Shown here piece by piece: positions 51,642 to 64,000 of a DNA stretch of 64,000 nt (position 1 is the stretch's first letter; each line of letters starts with the position of its first letter). Both the position numbers and the translations under genes were made by a program. This stretch comes from Glycera tridactyla (lineage: Eukaryota). The notes under the pieces were generated by a model, which saw nothing but the letters and a program-made list of their open reading frames with translations, was not told the origin of the DNA and made no database searches. Where the stretch lies: NCBI GenBank assembly GCA_965644265.1, contig OZ286465.1:95976001-96040000 (forward strand), in the 5' to 3' direction.

Positions 51642-51764
51642 GCTCAGCCCAGTAACCAGTTGCCCCGATTGGACACACATATCATGTGAAAGCGGTCATG
51701 GTAGCTCAGCCCAGTAACAACTTGCCCTGATTGGACTCACATATAATGTGAAACCGGTCATGGG
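50980..51764. repeat. 61-62-bp minisatellite, 13 units
   Basis: Eleven units copy the first array; two further, more diverged units lie beyond the duplication end. Confidence 0.97.
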
Positions 51765-53622
51765 CAACTACCCTAAAATGCAAAGTAAAGTAGTTGCATG
51801 AGAGAGGTGATCATCCATTAGAGATTTGTACAAGACAATTGATCCCAGTAACTGTGTGGATTACGAAACATATATTTCTGACAATGCTAGTGCCTAGAAA
51901 GGTTGTCTACTATATGAACTGCTATTATTATTATAGTCCAAGGTAGTCTTCATCTGCATGTGGCCTTTGCAGAGGTTGTTTCTCAAACAGGTTCAACCAT
52001 AATTTTGGTGTCCAATGCCATTCAATGCAATTGCACTCATATTGAAATGAACTGGATGGACATGGTACTTCAGGTTGCAATAATTTTTTAAGGGAATTAG
52101 TGCTTGTGAGATATATCCTCTCAAATTTACTTATTCTCCAGGAATGCAGACCGGAAGTTTTGCAAAAATGGAAACATGAATGTCACCCTGAGATGTCAGC
52201 GAGTAAATGACAAATTTCTAGAAGATAGATGGATCATTTCCAATATCTTCTCCATTGAGATGCCAGTCATCTCTCCCAGTCTGCATGCAAATCACCGATT
52301 TTTTCGCTTGCCGATAGTTTACCGTTCGCCAGATTGGACTATTCTGCTCACACAAAGAGCAGTTTCTCGTTGCCATCCCATGGAGGATGGCGTACTCGAC
52401 CTATTGACCACAGTCTCTCAAGATACACTCTGAAAATTTACATCATAAGTACATCGCAGATGCTGACTGGATGCTTGCAGCTAGATGCCACTCACAAACC
52501 TCTGCTCCACATCAATGCGCATCCAAGTAGCTATAAAGTCATATTGGCACACAATTGATCAACCTCAACTGACTCATTCAGGTTTCATGCACTTTAAACA
52601 ACAAATGGCTAATATAAACTGATAATGCTGATGACAAGAGAGGCCCTTGCAATAGAATTAATCTCTAAATCGCAAATTAACTATCTAGAACCTTGACTTA
52701 AAATGATGGGCCATCTTCTATTTCTCAACGATCAATAGGGATGAAAAAACTGAGCTTTATTTTGGCAAAAAAGCAGAAATCCAGACCAAGGCCATTGGCT
52801 ACCAATATAGTGAGGCTCTTCCTTGGGAAGCTGGGAAAAGGGATCTTGAATGATCCCGCCCAGGCCCATGCCCACTGCATGGGTGTCTCAGTATAGCTCA
52901 GGTTGTGAAGAGATGAAATTCAACCAATCATCCTCACAATAGATTTCAACTGAAGTAATTACCATCCCTCTCTCATGTGGTTCTACCGGTGCAGGACAAC
53001 CCATATCAACTACAGTCAAACCCGTCCTAAGCAAGCTTAGTTTGAAGGAAGCACTCGCTCCAAATATCCTTTTCTGACACCACACACTTTCTTTCCCAAG
53101 TAGTAATTCCCCTGAACTAAGCATGAAACCTCTCATGCATAGTAACTTTCATTTCCCAGCCAAGTTTGACTGCATCTCACAAAAATAGCAGATGTTGATC
53201 CATTGAAAATACCAGCCATCTTTTTATATGAAAATCTGGGATTATTCAGCTGTGACACATGCTTTGAGTAGTGGGGATTATCCCATCATAGCATCAAGGA
53301 TCGAACACCATGAATAATTGAAGCACGAAGGTGTGAACACCTCAACAATAGTCTGTGAGCCATGAATTGGCTCCTCTCCAAGTCAGTCTTTCATGCATCT
53401 CATCATATCAAATATGAGCAAAACACTCGGGGTCATCCCATGTACATGAATTCTGACTATTTGAGGCAAAATTTATGAATTGACTCATATGACAGACTGA
53501 TATTCATATCAATATATATCGCATACAACTTATGTGCTGATGCAATATTTTCAAATTCTATTTGCATGAGTACATGATATCACATGTCAGATCACGTGAT
53601 AGGATACTTTGGCAAAGACACA

Positions 53623-53639
53623 CCCCCCCCCCCCCCCCC
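53623..53639. repeat. Poly-C17 tract
   Basis: Direct reading. Confidence 0.95.
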
Positions 53640-54960
53640 TTTGCATGAAATAGTGACTTTTGAAGATGATTCATTTGAATTATCTGGTGATATGACAGGT
53701 ATAGATTTTTTGGTGAAAATTTGGGGATTCATCCATCCACATTCATGTTTGCTAGCTTCAAATATGAATGAGCAGAATATGGTACATGGCGATCAAATGC
53801 CAATGGCAACCATTTCAACTGGCTTCCCCGAACCCGAGATGCCCTTCCTAAGTATGACAATCTCAGTTGCTATACCTTTCAACCCTGTAAAAGACCAGAA
53901 CCAGTTGTTCAAGTACGTGTGGCGAAGGGCTCCTGATCAAAAATCTTATTCATCGACCAGGTAAATATCACTCTGAATATCACACTCGGAAATGGATGGC
54001 TTTGACATACAACCATTAGAGACATTCATTTTCAATAGGAAACACAATCCATATTCCTTCATTACATTCTATTACAGCCCTGGAACTATCCCTCGAGCCT
54101 CTTCTGACATACATGTGAAATTGAATGTCTTATAGCAGATATTGTGCAGATGGATTGATACTATACTATCGTGATATCAATACCAATACCTCTTTCCTGT
54201 GACACGTATTGTGGACTGTCAGAAGACCAAAATTGTATTGTTGTTACTAATAAATTACTACCATCCTGGTAACGATGTACCGGAAAAGGTCGTTGTATGA
54301 CTACTAAGTGGATTTTTTCGTTCTAAAATAAAGATGATTACAATTACAATTACAATATACAATATGACATTTTTCCGGCCATTTTCTCACCAGCCTTTGC
54401 ATAAGTCTGTTCAGAATTTTTTTCCTGAGTAGCATCATTGAAATGTGATGGTGATCGGTTGGAATGGATGAATCCACAACAGACTCCGACAATCTCTTTC
54501 ATTTAAAACCGGTTCGTTGTCCTAACAAATGAGACGAATAATGCTGATCACTGCATCCATCAATTTGCATAAGATATATAACCTTGGCTGTTGACGTATT
54601 TGACCTTCACAATGGGCCACTATTCATTACCTGTTCTGTGCGCTAAACTGATCTACATTTCATACATAAATGTCCACAAATACCGTCAAACTTTGATACC
54701 ACCTGCACATCGCCCTATCTCTCCCGCATTTTAAAAAGATGTAGATGACCGGGCTTCCTCCAGACCAAACTTCTCAACCCCTTTTATGGATGGGAAAGTG
54801 TAAATTTGTCCTTTAATGGGGAGTGATCGATTTACATTTACGACAGAAACAACCATTTTGAGTCGACCAATAAGGAACCCTATTCCCTAAGGGATGGCTT
54901 AGCAAATATATGTACATGTATCATTCTGAAGAACAAACCTCAGCAGAACATGGCTTAGTA

Positions 54961-55137
54961 TAGTCTAACCTGTCCTAAGTAGCCACTGTACTAAGCAGCC
55001 ACCTGACCTAAGCAGCCACTTTTCAATTTCCTGCCGGGAGTTTTTCCACTATAATTGACCTGCTCAAAGCAGCCACCTGCCCTAAGCAGCCACTTTTTGT
55101 CGTCTCAAAGGGTGGCTGCTTAAAACAGGTTTGACTG
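54961..55137. mobile_element. Tc1/mariner-pogo-type MITE (aagcagccac subfamily)
   Basis: ta|tagtctaacctgtcctaagtagccac ... gtggctgcttaaaacaggtttgactg|ta; internal aagcagccac repeats. A lone similar terminus lies near 53010. Confidence 0.85.
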
Positions 55138-57283
55138 TAGTTATACAGATAAGTTGATTTCAACATCTTGAACTAAGAATTCTTCATCTGCGAATATGTA
55201 CATCCCCATCTGACCTATTTATCAAGCTCTCAGTGATATCCAATAAATAGTATAACATCCAGGTGGTCCACTTCAGAAAATAGTGAATTGAGATAAAGAC
55301 TAAAACATAAACTAATTCTAAATCAGACAACTGTCAACTTCATCATTGTTTGTAACTAATTTTGATATCTGAGAATACAAGCTAATTCCCTCATACAACT
55401 CTCAAGATGTTCTTGATCATAAGATAAGAATCTTGAAAACTATATGTATGATATAGTATAGATCGAAATGGACGACACCAAATGCAGACTTCTGAGCAAT
55501 GCGAGGTTATATTGGTATCGTCCGGTTCGTGAACCATGAGTAAGCATCTGGCAGTGCTAATTTTTGTACCATGCATATTGCATTGTAATCACACACCAAC
55601 AAGAGACAAACAAACAGTGTGATCCTCATGCCATGAGCTGACAAAGGGGGAGGGGGAGAAGTTAGTTGTGGAACATTTAACAGACACGGGCAATTAGTGG
55701 AGAAACATTTTACGAGCATGGATGAAGGCTTTGAAACATTCCACGTACATGGCCTATATGTTGCAAAGCATTCCCAGATAACCAACAATATGTTGAAAGC
55801 ATGGAAAGACCAGAGGCGCAACCAAAGTATAGAAAGGTGGAAAAGAGTGAAGCAGTACGTCCTCATGACAGGTACCAAATATTCATATGCAGGCCCACAA
55901 GCTCGCTAAATTTAAATGGTGTAGAAAAAGGTGAGCATCCCTGAAAGCTTAATAATTTTGACTCGCTTAGAGGAAGGTGAGCAACTTGAGAAGAATATCT
56001 ATCTCAGAAGATCTATATCATATTGATACGTTTAGATGAAGGTGCATATCTAATAAAATCTCCCACTGATATTCAAAAAGCCCATAAAGTCAAGTAGTGC
56101 TGAGAATTGGTTATGTTCTCACAATCAATGATTGGGTGAGCAGAATCAAGTGATGGTAGATTACAACCAGCTATAGAATGTATACCAACAGGAAGCAGGA
56201 AAGTATGTTTATGATTCAATTTGGAAAATCTTCTCACAGAGTTAGGTTCCATGACCAGCAGAATATGGCATTCTTCCTCTACTGTAGGCTCTCTAGGATG
56301 GCCTGTAGGATTGTAGTAATGCCATACTTAAGAAGAATTGCAATTTCTCTTGCAATTAAGTAATCTCAACTATTTGCATACTTTTTTTCAATCTCGAGAA
56401 GAACTGTTTGATCAACAGGGAAAATCTAATGATATAGATAGTGAATATTTATGACTGATGATTGTTTATTGGACTGTTATCAACCAATCATCGATTATAT
56501 TCGATCATGAGCCTATCATCGGAATTCCGTTATACTACGCCCAGAAAATGGAGGATATCCTCCAACACATCAGCACATCAATCAAGGGACAAATTGATAT
56601 GATGGTAGTTATGCATTCTGTGTTCAATAAAATGCCAAAGTACTCATATATTTTGCACTCAAGAAAATACATCGAGGTATGAATTCTCACTTTAAGCTTG
56701 TATAACCTTAATCAAATTCGGGTGACATGATCAATTCTATGAGCTGATTGCAATTTTATAAGTGATCCTAAAACTGGAGTTTCAGAATTAAGCAGTTCCT
56801 CAATCCATGTAAGGTGACCACTGATAATATTGAAGGAAATAAGTAGAACTGAAATAAGTGACACATTGGCTTTTTTCACCATGATCACAATGTGCCGTTC
56901 TAGCAAGTGGGAATTTCCCAATCTTCGTAATTGTAGAACATTCATCTCTCAAGGTATCCACCGTCTTTATTCTTATACCAGATAGGCTTTTTGATGACCA
57001 CAAAAGATGGTTTGAAACATCAGCTGGGGTATATTTCCCTGGTAGCGTCAAATGTGCTTGATGTGCAAAGCATACGGTGTTCATATAAATCTATAGCTAC
57101 CCAGTAATTTGAAGATTGGTAAAAGGCTGTGCAGTTTGAGTAATGTATGCAAAAGTATGAAATAATATATTGAAGGCGAGTTCTTCATAAGAATGAAAAG
57201 GGCCGATCAGATCCAACCAAATATATCTTGATGCAGAATACCTGCATCTCTCCATAAAGTCATTACTAATCTGCCCAATAAGC

Positions 57284-57362
57284 TGATTGATTGATCAATT
57301 GATTGATTGATTGATTGATAGTTTGATGTTTAGCGGCATATAGCAGCCCAGAGGATAATGTA
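57284..57362 (-). mobile_element. SINE 3' tail remnant with (GATT)n
   Basis: See 4325-4379. Confidence 0.45.
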
Positions 57363-57653
57363 TGCCATGTGTTCACCAATAAGCAGAGAATGCAACAAAT
57401 CTGAAAGTCTTGGAAAATTCATCCAGCTAAGACGTGGCAGTGAACATCTCCATTCTGAAGACATTTAGATTTCCCATGATACATCAGTCGATCAGCAGAA
57501 TATAAGTTATCAAATTCTAGACACTGGACATCAACTGCTGGTAACTACCGGTAATGCCTAACAATTTCCTTGACACCCGCTCTCCACCCTTCAACATAAA
57601 CACCTCAGACTGATATATCAACCTATCTATGAAGTTAACTACATACAAGACTT

Positions 57654-57717
57654 ATCTCCTCTGATGAAAGTATACGGCTTGAACAAACATTTTGGTGAAT
57701 ATTTGTATGGAGGAGAT
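57654..57717 (+). ncRNA. Degenerate type I hammerhead-ribozyme-like sequence
   Basis: atctcct-CTGATGA-aag(tatacgg)ctt-GAAC-aaacat(tttggtga)atatttg-TA-tgg-aggagat. All three stems can be drawn, but one core A is missing and there is a 3-nt insertion. Confidence 0.35.
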
Positions 57718-59749
57718 GATGACATCACAAAAGGAGGAACAGTAGGAAGATGGAATGGGAGATAAAAGGTGAAAGAGCAGTAAAGACACCTGGCATTCAG
57801 ACGAAAAGTCACATTTTGTGGCCTGATGACGAACAACAAACCAATAAAAATGCTTATACATTTTCATGCATGAACACCAGTTCTGATGACAATAAGCTCT
57901 TAAATCATAAAAACAGCCATATTGGAGTTGCATGGTGGTGAGAGGTCAAGGTGTGTTGTGGTGAGGGTCAAAGTCAAGGTCATAATGTCGTGGGGGGTAA
58001 AAGGTCAGTGTGGGTGAAAAGTTGTGCAGTAGATGTTTAAAAAAATGTGTAAAGTAGGCAGTTGTGAATGTAGAGTTTGAAAAAATAGTTCAACTATGTC
58101 TAAAAAATTAGGAAAATGACTAAATGTAAAGATGTCTTCAGTTTCATGAAGACAGGACCTTGACTATCTTGGAGTACTGTCATAGGTACAAGACATGTGC
58201 CGGAAAGAAAATGCATTTAGATGGGTATCGTCTTGACCTGAATCCAAGAACTGTGTCATTTCAGTGGGGTCCAAAAGGTTAAATAGATATATCAATAGAA
58301 AGATTGTGAAATGTTAGTAAAACAAAAGAAAAACAAAAATCCCATAAAAATCTATGATCACATATAGCAATAACACACACAATTCTGATGACCTGGCAGC
58401 AGAAATAAGTTGATATCTAAGGAAGTAGGCATGAAACCTCCAAAGAAAAGTACTTATGGATAGTAGCAAATCATAGCCAAACTCTTGGTTCGCTTCAATT
58501 CAATCAGCAGACACAATGATGTGCCATAGCTGAGACAAAAATCAATTTGTTAAAATGACTGGATACAAGAGTCATTGACAGAAATGATATATGAATCAAG
58601 GGAATATATTCAATCACTGACAACGCTGTTACAGTGCATTCGCCAAAAGCTAATAAAAGGTTCCAGACGGATTAACCCTAAAAGCTACTCAAGCTTGTAC
58701 AAAAATTACCGTGAGTACTCAAGTCAGTTCTACTCCAATTAGAATCTTTTGATGACAGCAAAGCATCATTCTGATTGCATCACATATTCTGTATCTGTAT
58801 CCACATTGTCAAATTAGTTGCTAATAGATAACAACATTCACTTACGGGAATTGTGTGTATAGACTTGTTTTTCAGCAATTACATGGCACCAATATTATGT
58901 CTTCATATCACGTGGGCGTTATGTGTTGTGTGGAATGCTACCAGAGTCACTGAGTATTGCATCTGCCATTGCTCGTAATACGGAAATATGAACATGCAGG
59001 TTGTTGAATGATAACAATGAATCATGCCCTGATTACATGCAAGCATGATTATCACATTATAATATTTCAGAAAGACATTGAAATACATATACAAGAACAT
59101 ATATGCTAATAATATCATTGCATATTAGAATCAAACAATAATTCAATTGAACATATGACCTAATCTCATCCAAAAACATCCCCTGCAATGCTTCGCTGGA
59201 AAATCTACATGATTACTCAAGCTCCATGGGCTGGACAAATGGAATGAGATGCTCTGTGGAATACTTACGAATCATCTCAAATGATTTATGACCTTTTTCC
59301 GGAAGTATTCAAAGTAATGTATATGATGGAGACATCTCAATGATGTGAACAACCAAATCAGGCTTGAACAAGAATATTTCACAATATGGGGCAGGTTTGA
59401 CTCCTTAATTGATTGATGCATTTATGAGAAACAATGAGTAGTGGCTGCATTACAAAAGTGAAGCAGACAAGTTGAGTATAGTTGATTTGAAATCATACTC
59501 TACTCATGAATTCTTTCTGTTTCGGAATACTTGAATTCCTCCTGAAAATATAATCTCCTTTTCCAAATCACAATATGAAGATATCATTTTGCATGAATTA
59601 TGCATCTGTTCAGTATGAAATAGCACTGCAGGGAATGTAATACTGAAGAGGAAGTTTCAAATTCCCTTTTCTAAACATGATCACATATCAAAGGCAAACC
59701 ATGGATTTATGATATAATAACCAGAATGATCACACACATGTGCATGTAC

Positions 59750-59807
59750 GCACACACACGCACGCAAGCACGCACATACGCACGCACGCACGCACGCACG
59801 CACACAT

Positions 59808-59862
<55 letters not shown>
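59750..59862. repeat. Compound (CACG)n/(CA)n microsatellite
   Basis: Direct reading. Confidence 0.97.
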
Positions 59863-59867
<5 letters not shown>

Positions 59868-62397
59868 GCACAACTGTATGATGACAGATATTGTGCCTCA
59901 TTGGAAGCTGCTACACATGTCAATTTAACTTGAAAAAACATATTCTGATATCATGAACATGTCCTCGATACAATCACAATTTTTTATCAATTCTGGCTAA
60001 CATATCACATATTCACAATTGAAATGAAAAAAAAAATCATCCTATTTGGATGCATCTTAATGCAGCTGTTTCCTTAAAAAAACAACTGAAAGTATGGTGT
60101 AAATGTTTAGCCTTAGCGGTGAAGTAATTATGGATTTGAAAGTATGGTAATACAAGAAGAAAAACAGTGTTAGGATAATTCTAAATGTAGATTAGGTATG
60201 GGTATGGAATATGATGCGAAGACTATATCCGGTGAGTGCGGAAGAAAATAGTGCAGTAGTAAAGGGGGGAATGTTATGCAGGTGATTGCGGTGTACTGTG
60301 TATTTATATCGAATAATGAGAAGAAGTCGAGAAATATAATGGATGAAAAGTGGCAGTGTAGGGAATATAACTATATTTGGTTGGTGTATGATCGAAGAAT
60401 GCAGTGGGGAATGGTGTGAGAGGAATAAGTAAGATATATATTAGGTCATTTGAAATGATGATGAGAAATGTATTGAAGGTGCGAAATGTATGCATAATGA
60501 AGGGATTTCTTTGAAATAAGGTGAACAAAATCAGCAATGATCCACAACCATAAAAATCCCAATATATGATTTGAATACCCCAGAAAGAATTAAGGGAATA
60601 TCTGATCTCAACTGGATATTTTGTAATAAAAGGAAACATGATTTGCAGGGAGATGATGGGGAAGGTGCTCGGGTGGAATCAGATTTCTGACGAGACAAAT
60701 ATCCCAAAATATAAAGAAATATCTAATTTCCAGGATCCAAATAATGGTTAAAAAAAGGCAAGAATAGGAGATGTTGCATCAAAATATCAAAGGAGATAAC
60801 TCAGACTCCTTTTTTGAAAATGTCAAACAATTAAAACCAATGACAAAGGTCTGCATCCTCAATTTCCCCTGATATTTCAATAACTGTCAAAAACCAATTA
60901 ACCATCACACACTAAATAAAGAACTATGTATCTGAATAAATATAACAAATTGTGCCTGACCCTTTAGACATTCGTGATGTCAATACAGTTTTCAGCAGGT
61001 TTCTGCAAAAAGGATGTGCCAGGTACTTTATGAGTAAATTACCAAAAGAAACATAATTGCATCTGCATAATTTTTTTCATGACATTGTCATGAAAAATAA
61101 AATCATTTTTTGAATGGAGACAATATAGTGTGAAGATGACATTCATACAAGATATAAAATATTCATAAAATGACTGAAATCATTCAGTAATTCATTTCAG
61201 TAATATTTAAAGAACACAAATCAATTTATACTAATTTCCGCAGGGAGGGGGTAACAGATTTCATCAGGTGAGGAAATCAGGTCACGGGAAACAACGGTGC
61301 ATTTTTCGTATTTCCAGCATCCAATATGGGTTTGGATGGATTCAAAATATGAAAACCAAAACCAAAATTGTGATCACTAGATAAAAATATGTTTGACCAC
61401 AGTATTTCACATTTCTATTTTCATATCTGACTACAAAAAATGGGAATGGAACAAAAATCATTGAAGCACTCTTATAGCTCATCTAAGAAACATTTAACAT
61501 CATAACTGGACTGCATGGTATGTAATTCGGTAGGATGTATCTGGGCGGTTTTCGTTGGAAATAACTGAAAGGGATGTGTGAAGTAAATTTATTTGATCAA
61601 ACTTAAGATTTAATCTTTAAAATTAAATGGGGTTTTGAAATGAAGGAAATGAATCAACTGTAGGATGAAGCTATGATTCTGAAAAGTCACTTCTACTTGA
61701 ATGATACTATACCTTCGTTATAGGGTCGGACTGATCAGATGCAAGGACAGTATGACAGATTCAGACAAATTCCATTTTTCAAGAATGAGAACTAACAGAG
61801 AATATCTAGGAGACATTGAAGCTGAATGTTAGCTGGGAAATGAACATGTGATGAAATGCAAATACGAGAGCTGGAAATCTGCATCAAAATTCAGATTGCA
61901 GACTCCATTTAGGACCTTGACCTAGCAAGAAAGCCTACTTTTTCAATGAATGCATGTGGATAGACTGTATTGGCGATGAGCTGTTGAACTCATAATCGAA
62001 TACATAGAAGCCACCAAATCCAATATAGAGATGGAGGCATAGCCTAAAGCAAATGGTACATGAGAATATATATAGTTCTGTCATCGATTCGAGTACTTCT
62101 ATGGAATGTGATCAAGAAATATTGGGGTGAAGTATCAGTGAGAGTATTGCTGTCTTGTTTTTGCACTGGTGATTTGTTAATGATTAGAAATGAGAAAAAA
62201 GCATCATGAATTTTGAAATGCTCCCAGTGTGCAATCATTTTGGAGTTTGAAAGGCAGCCTCTATGACCCTGATTGAAACAGTAGCCTCACAACCTTGTAT
62301 TTGAAATGGATGGCTCTACCATCCACTTGGCAAGCAGCCTTCTCAGGTGGATGAATAGAGTCGATAAGAAATATTTTCCCAGATTAAAAAATCAGTA

Positions 62398-62460
62398 GTT
62401 TGGATGGTTGGTTAGTTTGAGGTTTAATGGTTTCCATCAACAGAGATGATTATGTATAAG
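62398..62460 (-). mobile_element. SINE 3' tail remnant
   Basis: See 4325-4379. Confidence 0.4.
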
Positions 62461-63148
62461 GCATTTTTCTGGTCAATGAAAGCTAGATGTTCTGTCCCCT
62501 GCAGGCATCACTTACATAAACCCTGAGCACAAGATGATGGAGAACCTGAGAAGTTGTCAGGTGGAAGTAGCTGACAGTTCATTTAGGATACAGTTGGTAT
62601 GCAAGCATATAGAGATCACCGAAGAAAGCAATTTGTAACAGTGCCAGTGCATGACATTCAACCATGAGCCATCTGACCAGTAATGGAAACCCATCAAACA
62701 AGAGGATTTTTTCACCAAGTTGTTGTGGGGAGATGCTCATATACAGCTGCTGATAGCACTATGGGAGCCACTTGCTAGTATTGCTCTCTTCAGCTCCTAA
62801 TGTAATACCCCCAATAGAGGGGCTAGTAAGAAAAGGAGACTTGACCACAGCAGTTTATTAGGTTGCAAGGCAACAATATCAGCTTGGATGTGCTTTGTTC
62901 AAATCCCAGCATTGTGGCTAAAGATATTTCATACACTGGAAGCATTTCAGTTGGTTGTATTTGGTGAAGGAGGTACATTAACATCGGAGGAACTGGCCAT
63001 ACAAATTTTCAGATTGTTAGTGTTCAGAACAAAGCATCAGAGGGACTGTCCTACATCGTGGATATTGTGAGGAATCATTGAGATGTGTGAAGAGTGAGTC
63101 TGTGATTGTGAAGACATCCTTATTATCAATGAGTGACATACGCTCATA

Positions 63149-63324
63149 CAGTGAAACCTGCGACGAGAGACCCCCGACAAGAGACCACCTCTGGCAGGAG
63201 ACCGCTTCTCCAGGGCAGCTCTTCTATTTGACATAGTCAAATATACCTGCGATGAGAGACCACCTCTTTTGAGAGACTGCTTTTTGGTGACATTTAGGGC
63301 GGTTTCTCATCGCAGATTTCACTG
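63149..63324. mobile_element. Tc1/mariner-pogo-type MITE, same family as 24496 and 31119
   Basis: ta|cagtgaaacctgcgacgagagacc ... tctcatcgcagatttcactg. Confidence 0.85.
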
Positions 63325-64000
63325 TCAATGCATGGCATTTGTTGATCTTTTCATATTTGCTGTAATACTCTCATCAGGTTTTCCATCCCAGAATTCACCA
63401 GATTTACCCTAAAATCTTTAAGACAGGAGACCAAATATCAATTACAGTCCATCAATCAGTCTAATGATACAACAATCATTCAATATAGTCGGAGATACAA
63501 TGGTCATCAGATCCTCCTGCAACCATTCACGGATCGGATTAGCTAACAACCAAGATATTGTGAACCAAGAAATCCCAACAACTTTTATCTAATGGCTACT
63601 TTAACTCCATACAGACTCCACACTGTATCTCCACTAATTCTGGTCCAAGGATCATGATCTAAAAGCCTCAATAATCAGAACAAAATGATCTTTTCTGCCA
63701 TACACATGGATGCTGTATTAGTAAGCAAAAACAAAGAAATCCAAGGATCAGTGGAACAAGCACTTCCCTGAATTATGGGGTCATATAACTGAGTAGTGGT
63801 ACACTAGCCACTGAGCTGATGGAAGAATCAAATTGGATTCCCAAAAGCTTTCCCAAAAGCTAGCTTATTATAATTTCCATGAAAATCTGAACTACAACCA
63901 GTTACCATTTTTGTTGATTCAAGAATCATATCCAACTTCATGATTTGGATGATGTGTCTAACTTTAACAACCAAGCACCTCAAACATGATGAATACAATG

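Noticed and set aside
47561-51764. CRISPR-like array
   Set aside because: Units are contiguous 61-62-bp repeats with no unique spacers, there are no cas genes, and the context is animal; it is a minisatellite.
53820-53900. P-loop-like IVILRKGISGSGKP on the minus strand
   Set aside because: It lacks the GK[ST] residue, is flanked by stops and has no Walker B; probably chance.
53584-53964. 126-aa plus-strand ORF with poly-Pro
   Set aside because: The poly-Pro comes from a poly-C tract; no recognisable domain or splice sites.
55650-55909. Death-domain-like NMLKAWKDQ in a plus-strand ORF
   Set aside because: The resemblance covers only one helix and there are no splice signals or supporting context.
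59681-59941. CV-, HT- and YI-repeat ORFs (also 2276-2545, 13370-13709, 42164-42412, 43491-43771)
   Set aside because: They are translations of dinucleotide microsatellites.
60255-60305. GDCG motif suggesting a picorna-like 3C protease
   Set aside because: A four-residue match in a stop-riddled frame with no helicase or RdRp motifs nearby.
62895-62910. tRNA gene (GTTCAAATCC B box)
   Set aside because: No A box at the right distance and no cloverleaf; the same applies to the B boxes at 36967 and 44342, which are treated as SINE relics.

Overview
AT-rich animal genomic DNA (roughly 35-40% GC by eye, CpG-poor, many microsatellites, three N gaps). The repeat landscape resembles a marine invertebrate bilaterian; this is inference and no species call is possible. 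It is not bacterial or phage DNA, and I found no CRISPR array, rRNA or intact tRNA gene. Two convincing spliceosomal coding exons lie on the minus strand. One is a probable first coding exon at 41926-42024 (MSNKDGIHPLFPKQCPRVDLDHPDYLTPLKKPN, GTAAGT donor, CpG-richer context, perfect IRF/PRDM1-type GAAAGTGAAAGT motif just upstream). The other is a terminal coding exon at 19314-19595 (93-aa disordered tail ending ISTL). I cannot name the gene(s) or prove the two exons belong to one gene. The rest is intronic/intergenic: a near-identical 3419-bp tandem duplication (44804-51644) carrying two minisatellites, an older segmental duplication (1-1612 vs 14790-17982), a family of ~175-bp TA-flanked CAGT...ACTG MITEs, Helentron, SINE and LINE remnants, a 64-bp-arm hairpin, a decayed hammerhead-ribozyme-like core and CTCF-like motifs. 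Most ORFs in the supplied track are spurious (N gaps, microsatellites, AT-rich chance frames). I could not support any complete novel biological system; the best leads are listed with explicit tests.
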